Assembly (NCBI GenBank): GCA_027491435.1
Contig: JAOZFG010000012.1
Span: forward strand, 1-54,773
DNA length: 54,773 nucleotides
DNA from: Thermoproteota archaeon
GTDB lineage: Archaea; Korarchaeota; Korarchaeia; Korarchaeales; Korarchaeaceae
Direction of reading: 5' to 3'
Shown here: piece after piece, positions 8,439 to 18,436 of the stretch
Layout: each line of letters opens with the position of its first letter
Position numbering within the stretch: position 1 is the first letter of the stretch
Made by a program: the position numbers and the translations under genes
Notes under the pieces: generated by a model
Database searches by the model: none
What the model saw: the letters and a program-made list of their open reading frames with translations, nothing else
What the model was told of the DNA's origin: nothing

Positions 8439-9727
8439 AGAAGGAGTTCAGCTGGGCTGTGGTCTTAAGCCTTGCCTTCCTGGGATTCAGCAGGAGCACT
8501 GGCTGGGCCTTGAACAAGGGCTTATCTTTCCCCCTGCTGTCCAGTTACACCGAGTCGGCCTTCGTCAAGGGAACCGTGCTAGCTGTCGAAGGGTTAATAG
8601 GGATATTCATCCCTCCCCTGCTGGGATATTACAGCGACACCCTTAGGTTAAAGAGCGGGAGGAGGAAGCCCTTCGTAATCGTGGGCGGGCTCCTCGCCTC
8701 CCTGTCGGCCTTAGCGATATACACGGCCTACTCCATAGGCCTTGGCCTACTCGAGTTCTCCCTAACTTTGGCGGCCTTTTACCTATCCCTTCACATTTAT
8801 ACAGCTCAGTTTAGGGCTTTGATGCCTGACCTGGTGGAGAGCGGCAAGAGAGGTAAGGCTAGCGGTATCATAACTCTGTTCGAGTGGGCTGGAAACCTTT
8901 TCCTCTTTGGAGTGGCAGCTATCCTGATAGCCAAGGCCGTTTCCGAGGCTGGAGGTGGGGGTGGGGGGATAAAGGCCCTGACCAGGACCCCCTACCTCAA
9001 GGTGCCCTTTCTCATAACGGCCTTCTTCCTGTTAATGAGCGCTCTGGTAGTCTACCTTCTGGTCAAGGAGTCTAGGGTTGAAGTTGAGGCTGAAGAAGGC
9101 CTTATAGAATACGTGAAGAGCGTGTTCAGGGACAGGAACTTCCTCAGGTTTTACACGGCTCAGGTGATGTGGTGGCTCAGCTTCGAGTTCGTCGCCATAT
9201 TCTTGTATGGCATACTTGCTTACATATTATACGGCGCTGCTACAGAGGCTTACGTCAAGAGCGTCACCTCTTTGGGCCTTATGTTGATGGCCCTCTTCAA
9301 CGTGACCGTCCTCTTGGGATCCCTTCCCGGCGGGCTCCTGTACGACAGGGTGGGCAGGAGGATCAGCATAATTTTGGGAAGCCTGGTCTTCGCCCTGCCC
9401 CAGGTCTGGGCCTGGTTCATAAGAAGCCAGGCTGAGATAGTGATGACCCTGGCCGTTGCTGGGTTAGGATGGGGTATGCTCATGGCCTCCTCCTATCCGG
9501 TCATCGGGGATCTGCTAACCAGTTATAGGAGGGAGGAGTTCACCGGCAGGTATTACGGGTTCTTCGAGGCCACCAGGTCGCTGCCAGTCCTCCTGGCTGG
9601 TGTGGTGGGAGGGGCAATAGTAGATCTGGCTGGGGGGAACTACAGGGTGCTCTTCCCCATAGGGGCGGCCCTGGTCTTCCTCTCCACGGTCCTCATATGG
9701 GGGATGAGGAGGTTGGAAAATGGTTGA
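8435..9727 (+). CDS. MFS transporter (sugar/glycoside-cation symporter-like)
   Basis: ~12 TM; GYYSD...GRRKPF, RALMPDLV and G.LYDRVGRR motifs. Confidence 0.88.
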   Translation: MKKEFSWAVVLSLAFLGFSRSTGWALNKGLSFPLLSSYTESAFVKGTVLAVEGLIGIFIPPLLGYYSDTLRLKSGRRKPFVIVGGLLASLSALAIYTAYSIGLGLLEFSLTLAAFYLSLHIYTAQFRALMPDLVESGKRGKASGIITLFEWAGNLFLFGVAAILIAKAVSEAGGGGGGIKALTRTPYLKVPFLITAFFLLMSALVVYLLVKESRVEVEAEEGLIEYVKSVFRDRNFLRFYTAQVMWWLSFEFVAIFLYGILAYILYGAATEAYVKSVTSLGLMLMALFNVTVLLGSLPGGLLYDRVGRRISIILGSLVFALPQVWAWFIRSQAEIVMTLAVAGLGWGMLMASSYPVIGDLLTSYRREEFTGRYYGFFEATRSLPVLLAGVVGGAIVDLAGGNYRVLFPIGAALVFLSTVLIWGMRRLENG

Positions 9728-10568
9728 CCTCGCGATCGTTCTAGTCGTCGTGCTATTGCTGGTGGACGGCTTCCTGGCCTTCATAACATACAGGCTGGTC
9801 AAGCCCCCAAGACACGTCGAGGACTGGACCCCAGCCGACCTGGGCTTAAGCTACAAGGACGTGGAATTTCAGACGGAGGACGGGTTGAAGATAAGGGGCT
9901 GGTGGGTTGACGTCAACTCGAACAGGACTTTAGTCGTGATGCACGGTTACACGACCAGCAGGTGGGCCTTTTACGTGAAGAGGATGATTAAGGAGGCCGT
10001 TGAGAGGGGGTTTAACGTGCTAGCCTTTGACTTCAGGGCCCACGGGGAGAGCGAGGGTAAGATAACCACCTTCGGCTTCTACGAGATCCTCGACTTGAAG
10101 GCCGCCCTAGACTGGCTTCAACCTCTAAACCAGAAGGTATGTCTCTTGGGCTACTCAATGGGTGGGATAGTGGCAGTCAGGGCTCTAGCCGAGGACGACA
10201 GGTCCCTAGCAGGTGTAGCCGATAGCGCCCCGGTTTACGCGGATAAGAGCGCTGCTAGAGGACTCAAATACTTCGCCAGGCTACCCACCTGGATTTACCC
10301 GGTGATAAAGGGTTACGCCATGTTCCTGGGCGCCAAGAACGTGGACCTGATTGACTACGCCGACAGAGTCAGGAAGCCCCTTCTACTGGTGGTTGGCGAG
10401 CAGGACCCACTCGTCAGGGTTGAGGAGGTGAGGGAGTTCTACGAGCTCAACAGGAGGGTGAACGATGACGTCCAAATCTGGGTAGGCAAGGGAGGACACG
10501 TCAGGATAATGCTTGAGGAGCCCGAGTACGCTGAGAGGGTTCTCGCATTTCTAAAGGACAGGTGCTGA
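9720..10568 (+). CDS. Membrane-anchored alpha/beta hydrolase
   Basis: N-terminal TM; HGY, FDFRAHGES, GYSMG nucleophile elbow, GEQD.LV and GGH catalytic residues. Confidence 0.9.
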   Translation: MVDLAIVLVVVLLLVDGFLAFITYRLVKPPRHVEDWTPADLGLSYKDVEFQTEDGLKIRGWWVDVNSNRTLVVMHGYTTSRWAFYVKRMIKEAVERGFNVLAFDFRAHGESEGKITTFGFYEILDLKAALDWLQPLNQKVCLLGYSMGGIVAVRALAEDDRSLAGVADSAPVYADKSAARGLKYFARLPTWIYPVIKGYAMFLGAKNVDLIDYADRVRKPLLLVVGEQDPLVRVEEVREFYELNRRVNDDVQIWVGKGGHVRIMLEEPEYAERVLAFLKDRC

Positions 10569-10629
10569 CGGACTTACTTTTTCCACTTAAACTTTAATAG
10601 ATAAACTAGTGAGCATTGTTGGTGGCATT

Positions 10630-11037
10630 ATGGGATTCGACTATGCAAAGGTTGAGAGGCCCTTCGGAGTCACTGTTATAGCGGTGCTCGCAGGGATTGG
10701 CGGCGTCTTAGGTATACTGGGAGGGATTGGAGGTCTAGCCATTAGCTCCATGTTCAGCGGCTATGGTCATGGAGGGGCCATGCTGTCCGCTCTTATAATG
10801 GTTTACAGCTTATTAGCGATAATCTTTGGAGTCCTAGACCTGATACTGGCCTGGGGTCTCTGGAACGGTTTCGAGTGGGCGTGGCTTCTGGGAGTTATCC
10901 TGTCCGGATTAGGGGCGTTGATAGCTCTGCTCTCCTTGATAAACAACCCCGGGTCGATAATCTCCCTGATAGTGAACGGCATCATACTCTACTACCTGTT
11001 CAAGCCCGAGGTTAAGGCCTACTTCGGTAGGGCCTAA
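10630..11037 (+). CDS. Small 4-TM archaeal membrane protein
   Basis: RPFGVTVIAVL...GLW.G..WAW...ILYYLF.P.VK.YF pattern; ATG 10630 after GGTGG. Confidence 0.75.
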   Translation: MGFDYAKVERPFGVTVIAVLAGIGGVLGILGGIGGLAISSMFSGYGHGGAMLSALIMVYSLLAIIFGVLDLILAWGLWNGFEWAWLLGVILSGLGALIALLSLINNPGSIISLIVNGIILYYLFKPEVKAYFGRA

Positions 11038-11078
11038 ACTTTTTAAGCGGAATAAATTAGAAGGCAATTTAAAAAAGG

Positions 11079-11507
11079 TTAGGAGGGAGCTAGCACTTCA
11101 AAGAGGAGCCAAGCCGCATCTATTATGTCCCTGGAGGTTATCATCCCCACGGGCTTATTATCCTCCACTACGGGGAGGTGCTTCACGTTAACTTCCCTCA
11201 TCTTCCTCATGGCCTCGATGACTGAAGTGCCAGGGCTTACCGTTATTGGGTTCTCGGTCATTAACATGTGAATGGGCAGGTTCTTCCCAACCTTCCCCTC
11301 GGCCACCGCAAACCTGAGGTCTCTGTCGGTGAATATGCCAACGAGTTCGCCGGCGTCGTTCACCACCATGACGCTGCTTATGTTGTTGTCATTCATCACC
11401 TTGGCTGCCTCCTCGACTGGAGTTTTCTCGTTGACGGTTATCGGGGGAGTGCTCATTATATCGCCAACCCTGAGAGGGATCTCTCGCCTCCTCTTCAGCA
11501 GGGGCAT
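11079..11507 (-). CDS. CBS-pair protein
   Basis: VGDIMS.PPIT..GIFTDRD and LMT.NPIT..HLPVV..GMITSRD. Confidence 0.92.
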   Translation of the reverse strand: MPLLKRRREIPLRVGDIMSTPPITVNEKTPVEEAAKVMNDNNISSVMVVNDAGELVGIFTDRDLRFAVAEGKVGKNLPIHMLMTENPITVSPGTSVIEAMRKMREVNVKHLPVVEDNKPVGMITSRDIIDAAWLLFEVLAPS

Positions 11508-11572
11508 GCCACCACCTCTATGTATAGGCCTGATCTAAGATAAAAATGTTTGATAGAAGAATACGAAATGAG

Positions 11573-12349
11573 TCAGGACTGCCTCAACCAGACAACTCTC
11601 TGCGGGAAGGGTATCTCGACGCCAACCTCGTCCAGGGCCTCCTTTATCCTGGCCAGAAGCCAGACCTTCGTGGAGAACCACTCGCTCGTCGGAGCCCAGC
11701 ATCGGAAGTTCAGTATTATGGCGCTGTCCCCGTACTCCTGAACCAACACCTCCGGCGGGGGGTTAACCAGCACGAAGGGGTGACTTTCTGCTAGCTTTAT
11801 CAGGGCCTTTTTGGCCTTTTCAAGGTCTGATGAGTAGGAAACGCCCACATTTATGCTTATCCTCCTGACGGGCATCATGCTGAAATTAACTATTGGGCTT
11901 GAGAACAGCTTCTCGTTAGGTATCCTGACTATGTGCCCGTCCCAGGACATTATCCTGGTAGAGAATATGTTTATTTCCCTTACCACGCCCTCAACTACAC
12001 CCTCGACCCTGACAGCATCCCCTATCCTGAGGGGCTTGTCTATATATAGGAAGATCCCGCTAAGGAAGTTGGAGAAGACCGTCCTGCTGGCGAAACCCAC
12101 CGCTATACCCAGAACTCCCCCAGCCACCAACAAGCCTGATAGGTCTATGTTAAGAGGTGAGAGCGACGATATTATGCCGAAGAATAGTATTGAGTAGTAA
12201 ATCAGGAGTTCAAGAGGTTGGTAGATCTCCTTGGTCATGTACTTGGGGAGGACCTCCCTTATAGTCTTCCTCACGATGTGGGCGACTAGGAAAGTGACCA
12301 GGACGCCTATGGCCACGTAAACGTAGGGGGTGAGCCAGCTCCAGTCCAT
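11573..12349 (-). CDS. mscS: Small-conductance mechanosensitive channel
   Basis: GIAVGFAS...SNFLSG...DKPLRIGD, IPNEKL and IEIPFPQR-like C-terminus. Confidence 0.92.
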   Translation of the reverse strand: MDWSWLTPYVYVAIGVLVTFLVAHIVRKTIREVLPKYMTKEIYQPLELLIYYSILFFGIISSLSPLNIDLSGLLVAGGVLGIAVGFASRTVFSNFLSGIFLYIDKPLRIGDAVRVEGVVEGVVREINIFSTRIMSWDGHIVRIPNEKLFSSPIVNFSMMPVRRISINVGVSYSSDLEKAKKALIKLAESHPFVLVNPPPEVLVQEYGDSAIILNFRCWAPTSEWFSTKVWLLARIKEALDEVGVEIPFPQRVVWLRQS

Positions 12350-12350
12350 A

Positions 12351-13007
12351 TCACCACCTCATTCTGTAGCCGCTCATTATACGGCTTATCACGCTTACAG
12401 ACCTTCCAGTTGGGTAAATTTGGTCAGCCTCTACAGGGGGGACGTTCTTCAGCTCCACGTTTATTAAGTCACCTACGGTAGCCTCCACCACCTCGTAGAA
12501 AACTTTGTCGCCCTTAGCGTATATGTCCAGCTCCGCGACTGGGATTACCAGCTTGTCCACCTGCCTGGGCTTGTTCACCCTGAAATTAACCCTGACCAAA
12601 GCATACTCCGTCTCCTCCGGCTCCTCCAGGGCTTTTGTCCTGTGGTGCCTGCAAACGATTCCTTCTGTGGTAGGGCCGTAAAGGGTGTACTTCACTAAGA
12701 ATGGGGAGAGGTAGGCCGTCACCCTGCCCTTGACCCTCACCGCCAGGTCGTAAGGGGCGGTAAACCACACTTCCTTGTCCTCCTCCAGTAGGAGGGGGTC
12801 GAACTCCAGCATCAGGTAGTCGGTGACCTTCTTGGGCACGTAGACCGGGGGATAGGGCCTAACTTCCACCCTACTAACCTTTACCGCCACCGTCCTGTCT
12901 GTGTAGAGGTCCTTTAGGTGAAGAGCGCCCTCCCTGAAGGAAAGCTCGGCCTCCCCCACCTTCAGGGAGTCCCCCTCCTGCAGCGTCCATGGAGGGCCGG
13001 AGACCAT
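12351..13007 (-). CDS. DUF432-like archaeal protein
   Basis: P.PP..VP...TDYLMLEF and KYTLYG....GIVCR motifs; follows the same-strand nnr gene with TGATG coupling and precedes mscS. Confidence 0.7.
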   Translation of the reverse strand: MVSGPPWTLQEGDSLKVGEAELSFREGALHLKDLYTDRTVAVKVSRVEVRPYPPVYVPKKVTDYLMLEFDPLLLEEDKEVWFTAPYDLAVRVKGRVTAYLSPFLVKYTLYGPTTEGIVCRHHRTKALEEPEETEYALVRVNFRVNKPRQVDKLVIPVAELDIYAKGDKVFYEVVEATVGDLINVELKNVPPVEADQIYPTGRSVSVISRIMSGYRMRW

Positions 13008-14584
13008 CAAACCACCTCTAGCCTGTATATCCTGAGAAGCTCATCAAGTTCCTCTCTCAAAAGCCTTAGAGCCTCTGGAAGGGACTCCATTATGTCAACC
13101 GCCGTTATTCCATCTTCTCCCTTCTCAGAGGCCGCCAGGTCACCGGCCAGACCGTGGACGAAGACCCCCATCCTGACGGCGTCTCCAAACTCCAGGCCAA
13201 GCCCGTACATCGCAGCTATAGTCCCGGTCAAAACGTCTCCAGATCCGGCAGAGGCCATTCCAGAGTTTCCGGACATGTTGATGAAGATCCTACCGTCGGG
13301 GAAGCCTACAAGGGTGTGAGCCCCTTTAAGGACCACGTGAACCCCAAATTCCTCCTGGGCCCTCTTTAGGGCACTTACCCTATCGTCAAGCACCTCCTTG
13401 ACCCTGAGGTTCAGGAGCCTGGCCATCTCTCCGGGATGCGGGGTTATAACTGTGGGCCACTCCCTCCCAGCCAGCAAATCCGTGTGCCCTGAAACAGCCG
13501 TGAGCCCGTCTCCGTCCAATATTAGGGGCCTGTCCACCAGCTTGACGAGCTGCCTCATGAGCTCTTGGGTCTCCTCATTCAGAGAGGTTCCGGGGCCAGC
13601 GATCACCACGTCTATGTCGTACTCCTTTATCAGGTCCAGTATCCTGTCCAGGTTGCTCAGGGCTAAGGAGCCCTCCTCGGTCTCATCCATGGGGATGTAC
13701 ACCACCTCGCTGGCCTTCGCCCCTATGAAGGGTATAACGGACTTGGGGGCTGCCAGCCTTGAGTAACCCCCACCGGCCTTCATGAAGGAGAGGGAGGCGA
13801 AGTAAGGCGCTCCGTAGTAGTTCCTGGCTCCAGAAACGGCGAGGAGTTTACCGAAGGTCCCCTTATGTCCCCACTCAGGCCTCTCAGGTAAGGGCATCGG
13901 GTCGTTTGTCTCCACTTTTATTTCTTCCCTGTCGTAGAGCTCCGGCGGGAAGGATATGTGGGATACGAAGAGCCTTCCCCCATACCAGTACCCAGGGTAG
14001 AGCAGGTTTCCCAGCTTGGGCAGGCCAAACGTAACTGTGTAATTCGCCTTAACTGCTACCCCATAAACCCTTCCATCGTTCCCGTTTATCCCAGAGGGTA
14101 TGTCGACGGAAAAGACCACCCTTCCGGACTCGTTTACTGCCTCTATCACCGACCTGTAAACTCCTTTGACCTCCCTGGACAGGCCTGTTCCGAAAATGCC
14201 ATCAACTACAGCTTCAGCCCACTTAAGCGATTTTTTAAAGTCTTCGAGCCTTGACTCTTCCACTATCTCGGGCTTTAACACCTTAAGGACTCTCTCATAG
14301 TTGGCCTTCGCCGAGCCCCTGTACTTCTCCGGGTTGCCAACGATCCAGACCTTCACCAGACCGCCGTTGGAGTGCAGCTTCCTGGCCACCACCAGGGCGT
14401 CTCCCCCGTTGTTCCCAACCCCAGCCACAACCACGAACCTCCTGCCCTTGACCCCGAACTCCCTCTCTATCACGGTGTAGACGGCAATTCCAGCGTTTTC
14501 CATCAGTATCTCTTGAGATATTCCGTACTCCTCGACGGCGGCCTGATCCAGGGAGCGCATCTCCTCAACTGTACAAACCTTCAT
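13007..14584 (-). CDS. nnr: Bifunctional NAD(P)H-hydrate epimerase/dehydratase (NnrE-NnrD)
   Basis: LMENAG, G.GNNGGD, DGIFGTG, DIPSG, HKG.FG, TPHPGE, LKG and AGSGDVLTG; start at [10 protein letters not shown]. Confidence 0.95.
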   Translation of the reverse strand: MKVCTVEEMRSLDQAAVEEYGISQEILMENAGIAVYTVIEREFGVKGRRFVVVAGVGNNGGDALVVARKLHSNGGLVKVWIVGNPEKYRGSAKANYERVLKVLKPEIVEESRLEDFKKSLKWAEAVVDGIFGTGLSREVKGVYRSVIEAVNESGRVVFSVDIPSGINGNDGRVYGVAVKANYTVTFGLPKLGNLLYPGYWYGGRLFVSHISFPPELYDREEIKVETNDPMPLPERPEWGHKGTFGKLLAVSGARNYYGAPYFASLSFMKAGGGYSRLAAPKSVIPFIGAKASEVVYIPMDETEEGSLALSNLDRILDLIKEYDIDVVIAGPGTSLNEETQELMRQLVKLVDRPLILDGDGLTAVSGHTDLLAGREWPTVITPHPGEMARLLNLRVKEVLDDRVSALKRAQEEFGVHVVLKGAHTLVGFPDGRIFINMSGNSGMASAGSGDVLTGTIAAMYGLGLEFGDAVRMGVFVHGLAGDLAASEKGEDGITAVDIMESLPEALRLLREELDELLRIYRLEVV

Positions 14585-14586
14585 CC

Positions 14587-15156
14587 TCACACCTCCATCA
14601 GGTTCAGGTACAGGGCCCCGGCGTCGGTCAGCCGGTAGCCCCTGACCATGCCCTTCTCCCTCAGGGACCTGATCACCCTGTGGACCGTCGAGGGAGAGAA
14701 CCCCACTCTGGAGGCTATTCTCCTCACTGACCACCTCCCTTCTTGGGAGAGCACTTTGAGCACCCTCTTCTCCTTCTCGCTCAGGCAGGTAGTAACTCCT
14801 CTAAGTGGGATTTTAACGGTGGTCAGTCCCGAGACGTCCAGAACCAGGTTGACCCTGTACCTCCTAGACTTTGAAGAGAGAGCCAGCAGGAGCAGGGCTA
14901 GTAGTTCTTCCCTTCCGTTGAAGAGAGCGGTCACATCTTCGTTTATCATGGAGGAGAGCCTCCTCCCCTCAGAGATTAGGTCGGAGTAAACGTCGAACCT
15001 GAACTCCTTGACGTCTATGAAGGCCTCCCTCAGGGGCAGGGGCACGTCCCCCTTCCAGGAGATGAAGAGCAAGGAGTCGTAGTCGTCTACCTCCTGAGAG
15101 ACGACGAACCTCCTGTAGCTCCTCTCTTCAGCCCCCTCGACGGCCACGAACAGCAT
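14587..15156 (-). CDS. Divergent Csa3-like CARF-wHTH regulator
   Basis: Aligns by eye over its length with Csa3 at 46528 (G.EE....RF, D.hhhh, TVHR..R, LT..G..YL.L); SGGMR replaced by NGRE. Confidence 0.65.
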   Translation of the reverse strand: MLFVAVEGAEERSYRRFVVSQEVDDYDSLLFISWKGDVPLPLREAFIDVKEFRFDVYSDLISEGRRLSSMINEDVTALFNGREELLALLLLALSSKSRRYRVNLVLDVSGLTTVKIPLRGVTTCLSEKEKRVLKVLSQEGRWSVRRIASRVGFSPSTVHRVIRSLREKGMVRGYRLTDAGALYLNLMEV

Positions 15157-15183
15157 CAGCACTCCTTGCCTAGGGGCGAGGAC

Positions 15184-15194
15184 AGTTTATAACT
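15184..15194. promoter_or_regulatory. Near-palindromic AGTTTATAACT TATA element in a 48-bp divergent gap
   Basis: Reads TTTATAA on + and TTATAAA on -; ~30 bp from the minus-strand start and close to the mpg start. Confidence 0.45.
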
Positions 15195-15204
15195 ATCCCC
15201 GGTC

Positions 15205-15807
15205 TTGAGGCGAGTGAGGTTGGGCAAGGAGTTCTTCTGTAGGGACCCAGTTTTAGTGGCCGTTGACCTCCTAGGCAAGCTGCTGGTGAGCGAGACAACG
15301 GGAGCTAGGGTTTCAGGGATGGTGGTGGAGACCGAAGCCTATCTGGGCGTGAACGACAGGGCCTCTCACGGGTACGGGTGGAAGAGGAGAAAGGGTTCCT
15401 GGCCCCTCTTCGAGGACTGCGGCCTCACCTACGTTTACCCGGTTCACGGAAAGCCCTTGCTTAACGTGACCACGGCTCCCCCTAAAGAGCCCACTGCCGT
15501 ACTCATAAGGGCTCTTGAGCCCGTTGAGGGAGTGGAGATCATGGCTAAGCTCAGAAGGATAGAGATTAGGGGTGAGAGGGACTTGAGGAAGCTTTGTTCC
15601 GGACCCGCCAGGCTCGCTCAGGCCCTGGGGATAGGGCTTGAGCACAACGGGCTGGACCTGAGCAAGGGCCCCATATACTTCGAGGAGTACAGGAAGCCTG
15701 AAAGGGTTCTCACGTCAAGGAGGGTGGGGGTTGAGTACGCTGGAGCCTTCAAGGACCTTCCCCTCAGGTTCCTAATGGACAGCCCGTTCGTCTCCAGAAA
15801 GCCCTAA
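15205..15807 (+). CDS. mpg: 3-methyladenine DNA glycosylase (AAG/MPG family)
   Basis: VA..LLGK.L, VETEAY.G..D.ASH, YVY..HG, LNV, AVLIRALEP, SGPARL.QALGI and S.RVGV. Confidence 0.95.
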   Translation: MRRVRLGKEFFCRDPVLVAVDLLGKLLVSETTGARVSGMVVETEAYLGVNDRASHGYGWKRRKGSWPLFEDCGLTYVYPVHGKPLLNVTTAPPKEPTAVLIRALEPVEGVEIMAKLRRIEIRGERDLRKLCSGPARLAQALGIGLEHNGLDLSKGPIYFEEYRKPERVLTSRRVGVEYAGAFKDLPLRFLMDSPFVSRKP

Positions 15808-16240
15808 GGAGGGACTCGTCAATTCTAGAGAGCTCTCGCAGGGTGAAGTGAGGATTCAGTAACTAAGAAGGTGATTCGAGTGGTTGAGGAGATAAAGGTA
15901 GCGCTAGCTAATCTAAATTATGGTCTAGGCTATCCCTTGAAGTTGATTCGATATGTTGAATATTTGAGGAACGTGATAGAATTAACAGGTAATTTTCTCA
16001 GATCTCATCTCCCTGCTTAGCAGAAAGATAGGAGATCTTTGTCAATTAGTTAATGGAGATTAAGGCCTGGAGAGATCTTTAAAGGCCTTATCTGCTAAGG
16101 CCTGCTTAGTACGCTAACGACGCTACCCTATTCCTATCAATTGATCAGGCTTTCTAAGTTCTTTAGCCATCAGCTGAGGAGCATACGCCTCCTTGGAACT
16201 GTTGTAGGTTAGAAACGAGTGGCCGTCGACCCTAACCTGC

Positions 16241-16921
16241 CTAATCAACTGAAGGCCCATCAAATAACTTCTTACCATCAGATATTCTGAAGAGGATCCA
16301 GATCAGGATTGTTAAAGCCAGAGATGAAGCTAGAGGGATGAACTCATGGCTCACCGCTACTATTGGGAGGTACAGGGAGAGGAAGGTCAGAAGACCCCAT
16401 CTGATCCTTTCAGGCTCCTCAAACAGGGACTTGTAAGTGATTAGGGCTATCAAGGAAGTGAAGAACCATCCGAGGTAGTTGGTCACCGGTATCCCGAAAA
16501 TGCACGGGCAGCCAGTCCTCCAGACCCACAAGCCAAGCTTTACCATTGCTGGATCCACCGCTAAGTCTAGGGAGACTAGCATGAGGGAAGCCGCTAGGAC
16601 CCTCCTCCACCCACTGGCGTCGACGCTTATGTAGGCAGCGTACACGTAGGCGCCCCAGGCCATCACTATGGGGACGGGAACTCCCAGAACCTTGGTCCTC
16701 TCAAAGGCCAGATACTCGTAATGGCCGAAGGGAAACCCGTAGTTCACCCCCAGATACTCGAAGAGAAACCCTGAAGCCATCCCCAAGGCGTAGAGCAAAG
16801 GGGCCTGCCTCCACCCTCGTTTATAGGCCAGTGCCATAGACACGATGAAGGAGAGGGTGAAGAGAATGTCCCCGATCCACCTTGGGCCCGCTAGGAAGAG
16901 AGCGTTTAGCAAGGAGCCCAC
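16241..16921 (-). CDS. CruF/DUF422 carotenoid-biosynthesis-like membrane protein
   Basis: E.LGV..GFPFG.Y.Y, GVP......W, DL..DP and GIP.TNY.GWF. Confidence 0.82.
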   Translation of the reverse strand: MGSLLNALFLAGPRWIGDILFTLSFIVSMALAYKRGWRQAPLLYALGMASGFLFEYLGVNYGFPFGHYEYLAFERTKVLGVPVPIVMAWGAYVYAAYISVDASGWRRVLAASLMLVSLDLAVDPAMVKLGLWVWRTGCPCIFGIPVTNYLGWFFTSLIALITYKSLFEEPERIRWGLLTFLSLYLPIVAVSHEFIPLASSLALTILIWILFRISDGKKLFDGPSVD

Positions 16922-16947
16922 AATTATTGGCAGGTGGTAATTAACCC

Positions 16948-17289
16948 TCAGGGATTATCCCTCCTACACCTCCTAAATGCCTCTATAAACGATTTAGCAA
17001 AGCTATTAGCGTGTTTCTCAGTTCCCCTGTGCCGCCCAGAGAACATCCTCAGGTGATGGTATAGCTCATGAAGTATTATGAAGGGGTTCCTTAGATAGGA
17101 TCCGTTCGACAGGTAAATGGTCTCATCCCTGGCCCTGTAAACGGCTAGAGCAGACCCCATTCCCTTAACCCTTCCCACCTTTATCCTAGGCGGGTATTTA
17201 CCGTAAAATCCGCACACTAACTTGACGGCCTCTTCGGTAGAGCCTTCCAGTATTAGCCTGACCACCTTGGCCTTGAGGCAGTCGTCCAT
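16948..17289 (-). CDS. Small HExxH zincin-like protein
   Basis: ILHELYHH with downstream E..ANSFA, as in ImmA/IrrE-like metallopeptidase domains. Confidence 0.65.
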   Translation of the reverse strand: MDDCLKAKVVRLILEGSTEEAVKLVCGFYGKYPPRIKVGRVKGMGSALAVYRARDETIYLSNGSYLRNPFIILHELYHHLRMFSGRHRGTEKHANSFAKSFIEAFRRCRRDNP

Positions 17290-17359
17290 CCGTCATAAAG
17301 CCCAGTTTAACCTTAAAAATTGGACTTTAACTCCTTTAACGCCCAGGCCTGTGGCAAGT

Positions 17360-17449
17360 TGACAGGATAATTGGCGTTACAAGCTCAATTAGTTATTCTG
17401 TAAAACAGTATTTTGTAATTAAGCTATGCAGAACCTATTAATCCTGTCA
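17360..17449. repeat. ~90-bp imperfect palindrome
   Basis: TGACAGGAT/ATCCTGTCA outer arms; AGCT.AATTA/TAATT.AGCT inner arms; CTGT-AAA-ACAG centre. Confidence 0.6.
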
Positions 17450-17580
17450 TCCTAAAAGACGTTGATCCATTTTACGTTTCTTTCATTAAAAATTATTGAG
17501 TTGTCGACCGTCACCTCGGCGATATCAAAACTTAAATGTAACAGGGTCCGGAATACGTGGCCCTAACGGGAGGTGTAATT

Positions 17581-18426
17581 ATGGCTTCTTCCAAGCTCAT
17601 GGCTGTAGGGCTCATCGTCGTGGCCGTCGTGGCTTTTGCCGCTGGCTACTTCTTCTCTGGTGGCATGAAGGGTGAGGTGAAAAAGGAGACTACTTGGGAC
17701 ATAATCAAGAAGAGGGGCTACATAGTAGTAGCCACCTCGCCCGACTGGCCTCCCTTTGAGTTCATAGACCCCAAGACCAACAAACTAGTGGGCTACGAGG
17801 TTGACCTGATGGAGGCCGTGGCGGCTAAGCTGGGCATAAAGGTTAAGTGGAAGCACATGAACTTCGACTCAATAATATCGGCCGTCAAGAACAAGGAAGT
17901 AGACCTAGGAGTTAGCGGCTTCTCAGTCACTCCAAAGAGGCTTGAGGAGGTGCTCTTCACCATGCCTCACGTGGTCACTGAGGTACAGCTGATAACCACC
18001 GTCGAGAAGGCCAAGTCCCTGGGCATAGACAAGCTGAAGTCCCTGGACGAGATAGCCAAGTACAAGCTGGTGGTTGGAACAGGAAGCGGCACCACTCAGG
18101 AAGACGAGCTGATGAGGTTAGTTAAGGAGGGCAAGATATCTTCAGATCTGGTGAGGTCGTTCCAGGACTTCGAGCTTGCTTTGGAAGCCCTGAAGAAGGG
18201 TGACATAGACGCTGTCTACGCTGAGACTCCAGTTACCACCTGGTGGATATCCACTGAGAAGACCCCGCTCACCGTGATTTACAGCAGGTCCTATTGGCCT
18301 GTGGCATGGGTGGCCCACAAGGATAGCGCTGAACTAGTTAAGTACCTAAACGGCGCTCTAGCCGAGCTATTTGCCGAGGGCAAGGTTGACGAGATAAGGG
18401 CCAAGTGGGGAGTAACCAGCGGCTGA
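17581..18426 (+). CDS. Polar amino acid ABC transporter substrate-binding protein
   Basis: N-terminal TM; TSPDWPPFEF, GYEVDL, FDSII.AV...VD and T.KR...V.FT. Confidence 0.92.
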   Translation: MASSKLMAVGLIVVAVVAFAAGYFFSGGMKGEVKKETTWDIIKKRGYIVVATSPDWPPFEFIDPKTNKLVGYEVDLMEAVAAKLGIKVKWKHMNFDSIISAVKNKEVDLGVSGFSVTPKRLEEVLFTMPHVVTEVQLITTVEKAKSLGIDKLKSLDEIAKYKLVVGTGSGTTQEDELMRLVKEGKISSDLVRSFQDFELALEALKKGDIDAVYAETPVTTWWISTEKTPLTVIYSRSYWPVAWVAHKDSAELVKYLNGALAELFAEGKVDEIRAKWGVTSG

Positions 18427-18436
18427 GGGGTCCTTT

